A DNA stretch of 64,000 nt from a virus (taxonomy: Duplodnaviria > Caudoviricetes). The stretch spans positions 32,001 to 96,000 of IMG/VR virus record IMGVR_UViG_3300028888_001547. One strand, written 5' to 3'. The notes under the pieces were generated by a model. It saw only the letters and a list, made by a program, of their open reading frames with translations, had not been told where the DNA came from and did no database searches. Made by a program: the position numbers and the translations under genes. The number at the start of each line of letters is the position of its first letter. Within the stretch, counting starts at the first letter, position 1. Positions 13,466 through 26,340 of this stretch are shown piece by piece.

Positions 13466-16400
13466 TCAACTATAAGATTGTCTGAATTTAGTTATTATGT
13501 GTGATATAGTAAGGAATTCTGTTGGATTTGTACTCTTTATATTTACTCTTAGCCATTTACCGCGTATTCTGTTTCCATAACCATCTCCTGTGATATATCT
13601 AGGTATATTATATATCACATTACCTTCCCTATCAGTATACGGTTCCATATTGCCGCTGAACTCTTTATTTATAATATCGCTTTCAAACGACATTACCGCT
13701 CCTTCTAAGAATGCACTATGATCTACTTGTGTGAAAGCATCTCGTTTAATTGGAATAAACTGCTGAGAATCAAATACTTTTGTTACAGATGCCATTGGGT
13801 TTACAATAAAACTAACAGCCAATGGATATAAATACGAAGTAGCTTGTTCTAGATAGTTATGCTTTTTTATATCAAGTTTTTGATGTTCGTTGTCTACAGT
13901 CAAACCATACAGGTGATTCTTTATATATAACATAAAATCATAACGTCTTGTATATATAGAAGTACCGATATTATACTTTATGTTTAGCACCATCTAGTCC
14001 TAACCTAAACATTTACACAACACTTCGTCGTTTTGTAAATCGTAATCTACATGCGGAACATCTGCCGTTATGTATCGATTTACTAAGTTTTGAATATTTA
14101 GTTGTTCTCCTACATTTATTGCCCTACTTTCTGCAAGTGCCGCAATAGCTTTATTATTTATATCTACCCAGAACACTCCTCCTTCAGTTGTTCTAGCGCA
14201 GAAATCATAAAGACGCATTCCATATCTCGTACTTATATAATCATAACGTGACAATATGCCTGCCTGTCCCAACATTATAGTGTTGCTGTTCTGATCATTC
14301 ACAAGAGAACGTTCATTAACGCTGAACCGTCCGCATGCGTGATCTTGCCAGTAATACAACATGTTCTTATCTGTGAGTAGGTTTGTTATTTGTCCGTATT
14401 TACTATCTACATCAATAAAAGATGCTGCTTTGAATATAAGGAAGTTATCTATAAACTCACCATTTGTCTTCAAATCAGAGTAATAAGTACGCTACTTAAA
14501 ACTATTTGTTTCGTTTTTGTCTGTGCTTATTAATGTAAACACATCATTAGAAGCGTCGTTATCAGAATATATCATGTTATACTGATGAACAGGGCGGTCT
14601 TGTGTAGTAACGCCATCTATTTGCCCAGGTTCATATAACAGATTTTCGCTTTGTGTGTTCATAAGATTCATTCCATAATCAAAATAAGTATTTACTTTTG
14701 ATTCAAGAGGAATGTAATTTACAACCTACGTGGACTGGAGTGTATCCATAGAGTTAAAATCATATGCTTTATACATAGTTCCCAACTCATGCGGAGTAAT
14801 ATAAACATCTCCATCAAATACAGTTAGTGTTGTATTATCTTTTGGCGTACCATTTGCATTATACGATACATTGAAATAGTTTCCAAACCCGTAATATTGA
14901 GTAAATTCATCAGATTGAACATCACTTGTCTTTGCTTCGTGAGTTATATTGCATATAGAAGTATAGAAGGCACTAGAATTCAATGGGAATAAACCGGTTT
15001 CGTTCTCAGTAGTAAGTAAGAAACAAGATGGTCCCGCACCTATATATCCTATTTTTACAGCCTGATTATCTTGTGTCATTGGATATACAGCAGCTTGCAA
15101 CCAGTTTCTATATCTTTTTGTTCTACCGTGCATCTCTGCTGAATTTGGACCATCCCCGTCACTTGTAGTATAGTCCATATTAGCCTGACTTTCTTCTCCA
15201 GGCCTTAAATCATATTTTGCGAATGAGACCCAATTGTTGTACACATAGGAGTCAATATTTGTAGTAAAACTCTTATATTTCTTTATGGCTGTATATATAT
15301 CTTCATCTTCGTTTCGTTGTACTTCACTAAATGCTGAACTCCATTCAGGTATCTTTACATCTTTTATTTGATTTACGTCCTATGTACCAAAACCAGAGAA
15401 CGATCCACCATTTGTTTTATAGAAGTTAAATATCCAATGTCTTGCCTATTTTTTGTCAGACGAAAGCTTTTCTACATAAAGTCTATTTATTCCTATTGTA
15501 CCTTCTTGCGAATCATAATCAACAGGAGGTATTCTAGTGTTTACTGTTAATACTGTAGGCTAATATTGAAGATCTACTTTAATTACTATAGATCTATTTA
15601 ACGTTGCCGCTTCGTTTATAAAATCGGTTACATTAGAATGTGATATTATGTTGTCAGAAATGCTCATGACAGGACCAGCTACTAAACTATCTGGCTCAAG
15701 TCTCATAAATTGCACGTCTGTTACGTTTGGATCGTCTACACTAAGTAGTATACTTTGAGCAGATGTACTCAATGGGCCAACTGCGAACATGTTTCCTTTA
15801 CCCTAAACAACTCCAACATTATATGTTCTTGTCGTTTCTTCTGGAGTATAATACGAAGAATTTGCACTTGCTGTCATTGAGTTTGGAAGTGCTCCGTCAT
15901 ATATAGTATCTTTTGTGCTGTTTGTATATTTAGCAAAAACAGAAGATACGTACAGCATTTCTTCTATATTTGTATCAGACGTATTTACTCTGGACAGAAC
16001 ATCATTTCTTCTAAAGTCTATTTCAGATGAAAAAATCTAATATAATTTGTGGTTTCGAGTTCTCGCTCTAAGATCTGCATAATATCCAAGGTCCTGGCCA
16101 TTTGGTGCAGATACCGTTTTACTATAATAATACGACGGAAAAATATACAACCCGTTAACAGACATAAATCCGCTAGGATAGAAAGGAGATTTTTTTGTTA
16201 CACTATCCTATGCATCAGATATTTCTTGTATATTTGTATCAAGTATTGCTTGTGATATTGGTCTAGCTAAAGCAACCTATAGTAATGTTTTTTGATATAC
16301 TTCTGAAGAAGATCTACGAATAACCTAGCAACCTACAATACTACTTATAGCATCTGGATCACCAGTAAGCGTCGGAAGTTGTATTTTTACTCCAATAGGA

Positions 16401-17836
16401 TGGGCCAATAATTTTCCATTTACACATTCAAAAGGACGTGATGTGTTATAATCAGAAATCGCTTTTTCATCTAGACTTATTACATCTGTTCGTCTTCCTT
16501 TATTGTCATAAAATACTAATGCGTATTTATACTTCTCTCCGCGTCGTAAAGATCTTAAGAGACTAGAAGTAATCATATCATTGTAGGAAGCTTTTACAAT
16601 CTAAGGATTTACTCCACGTTCTGTTAAATAACTCAATACGGAAGAACCATCGGAGAAAGTACTATATTCATCTTTATAATAGTGTTTCCCGGGATCAGGT
16701 ATATCTCCATCTATTTTATCTGATAATACAACAGTTGCTGTTATTTCACTTATTGACCCAGCTGTACCAAGGCTTACGTTTTTCAGTATTGTATCGTCTG
16801 TAACATTTCCACAAAACATATATTCCTAGTTCTGTTCTATTGTTTGTGGAATAAGTATAAGACCGGACATTGCGGCAAACTCCTCCATTGAAAGTTTTTG
16901 CAGAGGGTCTATACCAATATCGTTTAATACAAAAGAATTGTTTTGGCTTTTTATATCTCCATCGTATATCAAAGATACTTCTGCATCATGTCCGGGTGTT
17001 ATATAAGATAGTCTATATACTTGTATTTTTTTATATCTGCTAGAATACCCGGTCATATCTATCGACAACGATAATCCAACGGACGTTTCTGTGTTTTCAG
17101 CATTACCTGTCTCTTTTGATCTAGACGAATCAATAACCTATATCTTATTAGTTAGAGGAGCTAATTGAGTGGTATTACCATATTTATTGTAATATCTATA
17201 TGTGTACTATACCTACTATGTTGTAAGTCTTCCAGATATAATATCTGTTATAACCACCCTCTTGTCTGGTATCTCTCTATTATTTATAAGACTATCAATA
17301 GGTACAGGAGTTCCGTTCGTTATATAAGGATGATCCTGTTCATCGTCAACTCTTAAACTTATAATAGGGTCTTTACCAGTAGCTATGTATAGTTTTATTA
17401 CGTTTTCAAGCTCTTTATATAATACAGCTGATATCTTCCCTGGAGCATTTCCTTCCCATACACCGTTTGCAAACCAAACCTACTTAAATTCACTGCATTC
17501 ATTGTTAACTTCGTCAACAGTAAATTTCCATACGTGTAAGTCGCTATCATTTGTAGTAACAACAATAGCTAACTGATCTACAGAACATACTGCAATTATT
17601 CGTTGATTGTTTGATATAGTACCGAGAGAATCTATACTGACGCCACTGGGTACAGGAGTAACAATTCCTTCGTGCACAGAAGAATAGTCACCAGAACTAC
17701 CAAGGAGCTGATTCTTAGTAATTCTAATGTTCTGACCATATATGTATTGCGCGTTGTCTATTTGGTCAAATGCGGTGTCAGAATTCATTCCCTTCGTAAA
17801 CGAGTTTATATAGGAATTGTTCTCATTAGTAACCAT
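13466..17836 (-). CDS. Tail muzzle / stabilisation protein (~1456 aa)
   Basis: N-terminus NSFTKGMNSD and C-terminal RIRGKWL are typical of the crAss muzzle family. Eight track ORFs lie in one frame; TGA at 13466. Confidence 0.8.
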
Positions 17837-18782
17837 AATAGTAGTCGTTATAAGTTAATTGTTCTTTTCCAATATTCTTAAAGAATGTATCATCTCCATC
17901 CCAATCAGGGATAAGCTTATTCCAATCATTCTTTATATTCTGCATATCATCAGGCGTTGGCATCATACATTCAGCATATGCCTGATTTCTATAAAAGTTC
18001 CACTGTTGCTGTGTATAATAGTATGTCTGCTGTGCATACTTCTATGCATATTTAGAACTACTAGTAGTAAGCTTACCACTCATAAACTTAGGGAACGTAA
18101 GCTTCATTACAACATACCAGTAAACTGCTTCCTAGAATGAAGGGAGGTCTGGAATAAGAGGATAACCTCTCTCATCTACTGCTATAGCTTTATATGAAAG
18201 CCGTATGAATCCGTGTCTCTTATTTGTTACAATCCAACCAGGTTTAATGAAATACTCAGGTTTATCTAAGTGATTTGGCAACCATTTGTTTGCATACCTC
18301 ATTCCATTATACATGTATAGTTGATGCTATGAAGTAGGTAACTTGTACATCATAGGCTGGTGTGGAGGTGGTGGCATTGGCATAGGATCTGGTACAATAG
18401 CAGGTTCCTGTATTGCCAAGTTAGCCGGATCGTGCATAACAGTAGCTGTGGGATGCGGGTGTGGATGAGGATGTTGCTTAGACTTAAATATCCTTGTCAT
18501 TGTACTCATCGGCTACCAGTGCACTCCATCTTTACTATATGCTACACCATCCAGAGACACTAAATCTTCTGGGATAGGAACCTAATAGTCTTGTATCTTT
18601 AGAATAGGTAAATCATCTGTCCCAGATTCTCTTGTGATATACTACATAGGAGCACCAATCTTTTCCACGGCTTCAAAAATCCACTCTCGTATATCTGTAG
18701 TACGCTGTTTCGCTTCTGTGGAATCCAAATCAGCCATGATTTTTGCTATGACTGATTCACACTTTGTATATTTGTATATCAT
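17826..18782 (-). CDS. Tail ring (tubular) protein with His/Pro-rich insertion (~318 aa)
   Basis: ATG 18782 (MIYKYTKCESVIAKIMADLD). Motif YKAIAVDERGYPLIPD. TAA at 17826 overlaps the muzzle start. Confidence 0.75.
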
Positions 18783-19200
18783 TTATATCTATATAATCGT
18801 GTTTATTAAATATTAGTTGAGCTAATCTGCGTTTATTCTATCTTACTAAACATAACTGATATTTGTATCTATCAGGGAATGTTCTAGGTATCTTAGACCA
18901 GTATAGTCTATATTTATACCCATTAGAATGTTCATTCAAATGATAGATACGTTTATCATATTCTTTACTCGCTTTATAGTCCACAGATAACGAATCTGGA
19001 GTAAGCGTCTTGGGTCTATATTTACCCACCTAAATAAAACCTAGCCCATAAGGCATTTTAAAGCCGTCTGAGCGCTCTAACACGTATTCTAGAATAACTT
19101 TACACATCTCGTCTAAAATGCGCTTGTAGAGGCTGTAATCAACCTCTACGGGCATTGTACGATACATGTCTCTAAACGTTAGCGATTGTTTACTTCTCAT
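18757..19200 (-). CDS. Conserved crAss IHF/HU-like protein of the tail module (~147 aa)
   Basis: ATG 19200; two TAG read-throughs; FKMPYGLGFIQVGK...HLNEHSNGYKYRLYW; TGA at 18757. Confidence 0.6.
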
Positions 19201-19933
19201 CTTCCTTTGGTCCGTCAGGCTTTATACCGTCCAGCGTAGAGTTGTTATCATCATCGCTAGGTCTATTGAGCATAAATGCAAGCTCATTGTTCATTATAAG
19301 CTTTTTGATATCGGGAACCATCCATGTAGGAATCTGTATATCATCCTCGTCTGGATCTTCCACGCTATCTTCGTCTGCGTCATCTTCCGGCTTCTCATAT
19401 ACAGCTAGAACGTAGATATAATCAAGGAGTCCTTGATCCTGTAAACCTTGTACATATACATGCTTATCGTCCATATAATAGGCGGTCAGTTCCCCAAACG
19501 TATACTTGCGGAAGTACTGATAGTGTCTACGAATATGATTCATATACTAAATATTCTCGCCGGCCTCATCGTGCACAGCAAGAATACTAGTCCATTTGTT
19601 TCCGTATATGTTTTCTAGAGTATCTTCGGTTTTTTTGGTAAACAAGTTTCTACCTTTATCCTCAGATTCTACAGGTATAAGCTTATGCTTAGTCTCCTTC
19701 AAAAATAAGAATTCACCGTCTATTAGATCGGTAATATCCATTCCAGCCTACTCCTTAGCTTCAACCTCATCCAGGTGTTTCTTCCACAGCATCCTGCGAT
19801 AATGATCAATCCAGGCTGCTATGTGTGCTCTTGAGAAGTCCTCGCTTTCGCTTATATTACTATTTCTAGCTATGAGAAGTATATCATCAATAATCTCTCT
19901 AAGAGATGTTTTCTATGGTGAAATCTTGCTCAT
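19190..19933 (-). CDS. Tail ring protein (~247 aa)
   Basis: ATG 19933; SLREIIDDILLIARNSNISESEDFSR. ORFs 19547 and 19190 are in frame. Confidence 0.65.
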
Positions 19934-19934
19934 T

Positions 19935-20600
19935 TTATTTTGTTGTTGATTCAACTATTCTTATGTTATTGCTCTTAAGTAGCTCATTAGTATTATAGTT
20001 AACATACTTACGTTTTTCTACTTTCTTCCAATCCCATGTGAATAGTCTCTTTATGAAGTTCTTTTTGTTCTTATACTCTTTAGTAGTATAGATATATAAA
20101 TACTGCTCATTCTGTATATCTAAGCCTATATTTACAGTATCTCTACCAATAGTATAGTAGACGGTAGTAAGATCATTATACTTTAAAGAATCAGTATAAG
20201 TAGTATCTTTTAGTATAGTTACTAAGTCACCCCCTACCCCCTTACTATCATTAACGTTTAAAACCTGAGATTGCGTTGCAGCAGTTAAAATAGATTTTGA
20301 TTTAAGTTTTAACTTATTTCTTATACTATCTAACTTATGTAACGTAATATCGTTTTGTCTCTCTAATTCTTTTATGTCTAGCCTTAAAACATTATTAGCC
20401 TACTAGGAGCTATCTAATAACCCCTAATAGGCTTCAATGTTGTTCTGAGCCATTTCTAGCTCCTGTGACAGCTTTATATTGCTTCTGTGGGTATTTATAC
20501 CCCACAACAGTAAAAACGCAACAGAAGCCACGCAAATGCCCTTAACGGCCATCTTCCAGTGGTTCTTCAGCCACAGGAGTGTCGTTAGTATGTTCATCAT
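19935..20600 (-). CDS. Putative Rz/i-spanin-like membrane protein (~221 aa), absent from the ORF track
   Basis: Manual translation gives an N-terminal TM segment (GICVASVAFLLLWGI), then a coiled coil (ELEMAQNNIEAY). Three TAGs, including TAG-TAG. Directly downstream of the holin. Confidence 0.6.
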
Positions 20601-21084
20601 CAAAATTTAGTTCTATTCCTGTGTAGTCCTCACCTTTCTTCCTGAGAAATTTACCGAGTAAACGCCAAGGACCCTTTGGATCAAGTGTATTTAAATTTTC
20701 TATAATGGACCAAATTTCAGTCAATGTTATAATTACGGCCGCACCTCCGGTAAGTAAAAATACTCCAGATTCATCAAATACAGCCCATTCGAGGCCATGC
20801 AATAAAGCTAATATTATTGCTTCATCTTTGATCTTTCTAAGCGTACCATCCCAGTTCTTACCGCTTTCAATTTTCTTTTTAAGTTTCCTAGCTACTTTCA
20901 TTCCGTAGACCATATCTACGGTTGTAGTAACGAAACATATCGCCAACAGATACCATATAGGAGCAAAGTACGATACTACAGCAGAACCTATGCCAAGTAA
21001 AAACTTGCCTGTAGCACTACCGTTAACCATTGTATTTAATGTGTTAGCAATAGCCTATAGTGTATGTGATATGTGTTGTATCAT
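20542..21084 (-). CDS. Holin (phage holin 4-1-like); alternative start at 21030
   Basis: Multiple TM segments, D..YG and EIWSIIENL motifs, acidic tail. Upstream in-frame ATG at 21084 with TAG at codon 10. Confidence 0.75.
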
Positions 21085-21087
21085 AAA

Positions 21088-22200
21088 TTAAGTAAATCTT
21101 CTCTTTGTTCCATCAGCGGCTTCGCCCATATCAGATATATAGAACCATATATTGATAGTCTTAGCAACAACTATCTGTCCGTTATACGATCCGTATATAG
21201 TAAAATCTAAAGAATCTTTCCAATATGCTTCGCTTCCTGACTGTACTGATATTCTCCAGTTTCCACCATCCACAGTTTCTCCTGGTGAAAGTTCATACGG
21301 TTTAACAATAATTGTGTGATCCCACTAATTGTATCCTCCGCCCGGTTTGTGCCAATACCAGCATCCCATTTCACTTTGACCAACATCAAATGTCCATGTA
21401 AGATCGTTGTGGCTTACACTTACTCCATTTACAGTAGCAATAGGATCATTATATGATAATTCTGTGCCGTTACTTGTATACATTGGTTCAAACCAAACAT
21501 TCAATGGAATTCTAGGACCTGCAGGTCTCATCAAATAATCAGTACTTGTTTCATAGCCATTACTAGGATCTCCATGAGGAATACCTTGGCCAGCATCTGC
21601 AGTCTTCCATCCTACATCAGCAAGCATTACTACAGGTTGAACTGGAGGAGCATCTTCTGTAAACTGAGCAGTAAACGTAGTATCTCCATTTATTTGCGTA
21701 GAAGATACACTTGGACTCCATCCGGTAAACGTATGTCCAGATTTCGTCGGTGCACTCGGTTCTGTTGCATAACCACCATGCTCGACGCTTTGCGTGTCCC
21801 AAGTAGATCCTTCGGAAATAAATGTTACTGTGTGATACACTGTATCTGGAGTATATACAGGACTATATGTAACATCTCCAGTTGCATATCCTGTGTATCC
21901 GTTATTCCATGCACCAGTGTATCCAGCCTTAGAAGGTACACCAGGATCGTCCAGAGCTGCACCTGGTTCATAATAACCAGAAGATATTACGGTGCCGCCT
22001 TCATTTACAAATACAACATAATATTTTTTAGCTACTGCACTTACTGGAACCAATCTATTGCTTGCAAAGCTTGCCAACGGCCCTTCTTGAGCATGCCAAG
22101 TAATTGCAATACTTTTGCATATGCACCTATTATTAGGTGTCAGAGAGCAACCAAGTATCTGGTTTGCCTCTGAATAAGTCATCATTTTTTTCATAATCAC
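21088..22200 (-). CDS. Tail/receptor-binding protein with InlB B-repeat (Flg_new)-like domains (~370 aa)
   Basis: Two repeats of the type VTF...PTKSGHTFTGW. ORFs 21325 and 21088 are joined by TAG. Confidence 0.65.
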
Positions 22201-23114
22201 ATTGTCGAATCATAGAATCCAGCACCAGTAACAGTACTGCCAAACGTAGATGCTCCGTTAACTACAATTCCGCGGCTTGCGTTGGTAGGAGTAAGTTGTC
22301 CATTTGAAAGTTTCCACAAACCTTCTAACGCAGTTACACGAGCTTCAAGAGCATTTAAGTTTGCATTCGTGGCATAGTTATTTTTAATGTTTGTTATCTG
22401 TCCACCAAAATCTGCATCTTCTAAGGCTTTGATCCTTGCTGTATTACTAGCAATAGATGCGCCATAGTTTGCATCTTCTAGTGCTTTAATTCTAGTAGTA
22501 TTGCTGTTGATTGTACTATTCATTTGCGCAGCATCTGAGCTGTGCTGAATAATCCAATCCGCAATCTCCTTTAGAGTGTCAAACGATGCATCTGCACCAG
22601 CAACCAATTCTGCAATATATGTAGCAACAATATTTCTAACACTGTTGGTAACGCTAGCACTTCCGTTAAGCGTATCAATCGCGTTCTTAATATTGAGACC
22701 ATTTACTGTAAGATCACCTCCAACAGACAGATCTCTCTCTGCAGAAACATTACTTTTAAGTGTTGTTATACCATCTACACGAAGCGTTCCTTTTACCCAC
22801 AGGTCATTTGATACATTCTCCAGTGCACCAACTCGTGACAAGAGGTTTGATAATTTACTATAAATATCAGTAACTGTTGGTCCTGTAGTATCACCAGAAA
22901 TATAAAGGTCTCCTCCAATAGAAGTTGTTCCATCAGTATGAGATATCGCAACGACTCTCTTATTAATAACGTCTTGGAAGTTATTAACAAGTATAGAATC
23001 GCCAAAGTTACCGTCATACAATTGGAATGCATTCAAAAGAATATCGTTGTGGCTATCGTCCGAACTCGCAAGGTTTGTGTATATTTTAATATTCTTACCT
23101 TGTTTCATAATCAC
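22197..23114 (-). CDS. Trimeric tail fibre/spike-like protein
   Basis: Coiled-coil RIKALE repeats, GADASFDTLKEIADWI motif, C-terminal GFYDS. Confidence 0.65.
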   Translation of the reverse strand: MIMKQGKNIKIYTNLASSDDSHNDILLNAFQLYDGNFGDSILVNNFQDVINKRVVAISHTDGTTSIGGDLYISGDTTGPTVTDIYSKLSNLLSRVGALENVSNDLWVKGTLRVDGITTLKSNVSAERDLSVGGDLTVNGLNIKNAIDTLNGSASVTNSVRNIVATYIAELVAGADASFDTLKEIADWIIQHSSDAAQMNSTINSNTTRIKALEDANYGASIASNTARIKALEDADFGGQITNIKNNYATNANLNALEARVTALEGLWKLSNGQLTPTNASRGIVVNGASTFGSTVTGAGFYDSTM

Positions 23115-24205
23115 GAAATAGTTGAGTCATAAAATTCTGCACCAGTGACAGATCCTCCGAACGTAGACGCATTAGATACAGATATACCACGATTAGCCTT
23201 AGCAACAAGATTTGTGCCGTTATCTGACCACAATCCCTCCAATGCTTGAATTCTAGCTGTCAATGCTGCGATAAGGTCTGAATGTTCGTTAACAATGTTT
23301 GTGATCGTATTTATATTTGCAAGTCCGGCAGGCAGAGCGCATGTTGTTGTGTGTCCATCGCCAAACGTAAGAACAAGGTGATCACCATCCAAAGCTACAC
23401 CAATAACAGCCCTAGCTCTTGTTTCATACGTAGATGCTGCATCTGCAGATTTCAAGAACGTATTATCGGTCTATCTAGCTGTATAATAATCATCTGGATC
23501 AAATATTTGATCTCCGTCTATTGTAGTAGGCTATTTTCCAGCTGCAGTATTCCAAGTTATAATAAGTTTACGGTTTTCCCATACAACGTTGTCAATCATT
23601 CCATCGATAACAAAGTCGTCAGCATCAACCGTAGAAATAGTAACGCCATTCTTATTCTTGAAATATATCGTACGATCTGACTTATTATAAACAGCATCGG
23701 CAATAAGATCATTGTTCATATCATCTGCAAGCTGATCTACCTTGTCATCAACGCCATCTATTTTATTATCCAGATTATCAATATCGCCTCCAAGCTCGTT
23801 GCCAAGATTGTTGATCATGTCTTCGAGCTCATCTTCACGATCAGTGGCACGCTGTGTTTCGTTATCAATCTTGCGGTTGAGTGTTTCTATATCAACCTCT
23901 TCTTTTTCCGCAAGATCTCCTATCTGTTGTGTTAAATTTGAATTGTAGTTTACAATATCCTTTTCAAGCTTAACGATACGGCCAGACATGTCCGTGTTCT
24001 TCTTAGTTTCCTTTTGAAGCTTTTTGATTTCCTTTGTACATTTACAATTATCCCAACATGGGGTACAAGGTACAACAGGAAGAGTATCGCCACTCAAAAT
24101 ATCAACTTCGCCTCCGACAACAAAAGGATTATCGCAAACCTAATCAAACGGATTGCATTCGCAGCAACAGTTCTGCATTTCATTAAAACAATTTTCCATT
24201 TCCAT
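23111..24205 (-). CDS. Tail fibre-like protein with Cys-rich N-terminus (~364 aa)
   Basis: ATG 24205 (MEMENCFNEMQNCCCECN). ORFs 23531 and 23111 are in frame. DFVIDGMIDNV motif; C-terminal EFYDS. Confidence 0.65.
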
Positions 24206-24207
24206 AA

Positions 24208-24720
24208 TCACGAAGCCATTTCTGAATCATAAAATCCGTGTGCAACAGCAGCACGACCGTTCTTAGCCTGTACTCTGCCTTCACCGTTAATCTCCCAAAG
24301 CATACCAGCTTCAAGTGCATTCAATCTGTTTATTATATCAGATAGATCTACTGGTTTGTATACGTCACCGTCTTTATAATACAAATCACCATCGATATAA
24401 AGATTACCTTTGATGTTTGTATTACCATCTACAACAAGCACGTACGGATTACCTTTAGATCCGTCTCTATTGCCGATTGTAGTAACTCCACCATTTGTAT
24501 CTGCATATGAAATAGCGGACAGACGCTTGTTGATCATGTCCTGGTAGTTTTCTATAGTATCCTAGTTCGGAAAAAACCTCCCATCGTACAGTTGATACGC
24601 ATATGCAAGCGCATCATTATGAAAATCATTATCAACGCCTTTTGTTCCGTTTGACTTATTGGCGTCTAGTGTATGATTTAAAAGAGTTCCGTATACTCTA
24701 ATTTCTTTATTTGCTTTCAT
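24208..24720 (-). CDS. Tail fibre-like paralog (~170 aa)
   Basis: ATG 24720; HNDALAYAYQLYDG...INKR matches the N-terminus of 22197-23114; C-terminal GFYDS; one TAG. Confidence 0.65.
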
Positions 24721-26264
24721 TATGCGAATTTAATTTTAAATTTAATATCTCCAGATAAGATGGGAGCGGCGCTACGATAGCAGAAATAACCATCTTTGAT
24801 CATATCATCAGTCATGTTTGTCATTGGAATTCTAAATCCAGATGACAGTTCTGCTACAATTTCATCGTCATCTTCTGTACCTTTGATATAATGAATCTTT
24901 CTTTGAGAAAATACCCACATATAATTGCCGCTCTTATTATTTGGAACAGAATATGTACCAGTAATTATCTTATATGTGCCTAAGAAATCATCATCAGATG
25001 TAATGTTCTCAGGTTCAGACTCCGAACTAAATCCTATCTTAATAGTATCCATATATCTAACCGTGACCGTATACTATGCAGGCGCAACTTTTCCATCAAT
25101 GTCAGTTACTGTTATAGTAGCAGTAGCTTCAGCTCCGTCTATATCCTGTGCATACAAAGTACCATCTTTACCAACTTTTACAACGCTTTCGTCTGATGAT
25201 TCAAACTTCAATTCTGTGAAATGCCAATCCACTGGATTATAAAGAACGGTAGTACCATCTTTAAGTACTACAAAAATATTATAATCAGCTCCGAGAGAAT
25301 CGTATTCTCCAACGTGCATCACAGTATTACTAGCCATTGTATAATTTGAAGTGCCTGTATAGATGAGCGAGAACAAATCTTCTCTATCTCCAGTCGTATC
25401 TGGATATATTGTAATAGCTCCGGACTCTCCGGTTTCATCATCTACAAGCTCAAATACATCTCCTTTATCAATAGTGTATGTGCGAAGATTGTGACGTCCC
25501 CAACCCTATTCAAATACAGTAAGAATAACTACAAGTTTATATGTACCACACAGTTTCTATTGAACTGCAGGGAAGAAACAAGTAAGCGTATTCTTCTCAT
25601 TTAATACTTGAGAGTCTGCAAGATAGTACGGAAGATACGGATCTGGATGCCTATGATCTTCGATAGTTCTTCCAAATATATCATACGGCTCTGGCTCCGG
25701 ATGATGTGGTTCAGCACATGGCGGAAGTGGTGGATGATTTAAGCAATGCGGATCATGAATATGATCGTGCATAAAATGGTCATGATAAGGCCAATGTCCA
25801 AAATGGTCATGATGAAAATGATGATCGAAAGGCCACCACGGTTCAAATCCACAACATGACGGCTTTGGTCTAGGACCATGCTATATATGGCAACAATGAT
25901 CGTGAAAATGTTCTGGATGTAATCCAAATCCTCTATAACCAGGCCACCAGTGGAAATCGTGGAAATCTGGAGAGAATCTATCATAGTTACACATATTTGC
26001 AGGAAGCATGTGATAGCTTGGGAATCCCGCATTGTTGATATTGTGATGCGTCGGATGATAGAACTCCGGGAAACCTACTCTTAAGAATGGTTTGGGATGG
26101 ATTTCATCTTTTTTTGGTCTAAACCAAGATGTATTGATCAGATAACATCTAAGTTGTTTGACATTAGACTAATCAAATTCGTCGATCTTATCAAACCCTG
26201 CTTCTGTGTTGGGTTCGATTTTAAGTTTAAGTCTAATATCATTACCTATTCTAATCTTTCTCAT
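24720..26264 (-). CDS. Virion protein with IRIGNDI N-terminus, His/Cys/Pro-rich insert and Ig-like (Big_2) domain (~514 aa)
   Basis: ATG 26264; ORFs 25557, 25074 and 24720 are in frame via TAG. SSDESVVKVGKDGTLYA is Big_2-like. Confidence 0.6.
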
Positions 26265-26280
26265 ATTGCAATATGTTAAT

Positions 26281-26319
26281 AAAAAAAGGCCACAGATGGG
26301 CGTTGCCCACCCGTAGCCA
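26281..26319 (-). terminator. Rho-independent terminator after the auxiliary capsid gene
   Basis: Minus strand GGCTACGGGTGGGC-AAC-GCCCATCTGTGGCC followed by a T run. Confidence 0.75.
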
Positions 26320-26340
26320 GTTTTATGTGTTTTGTTTTAA

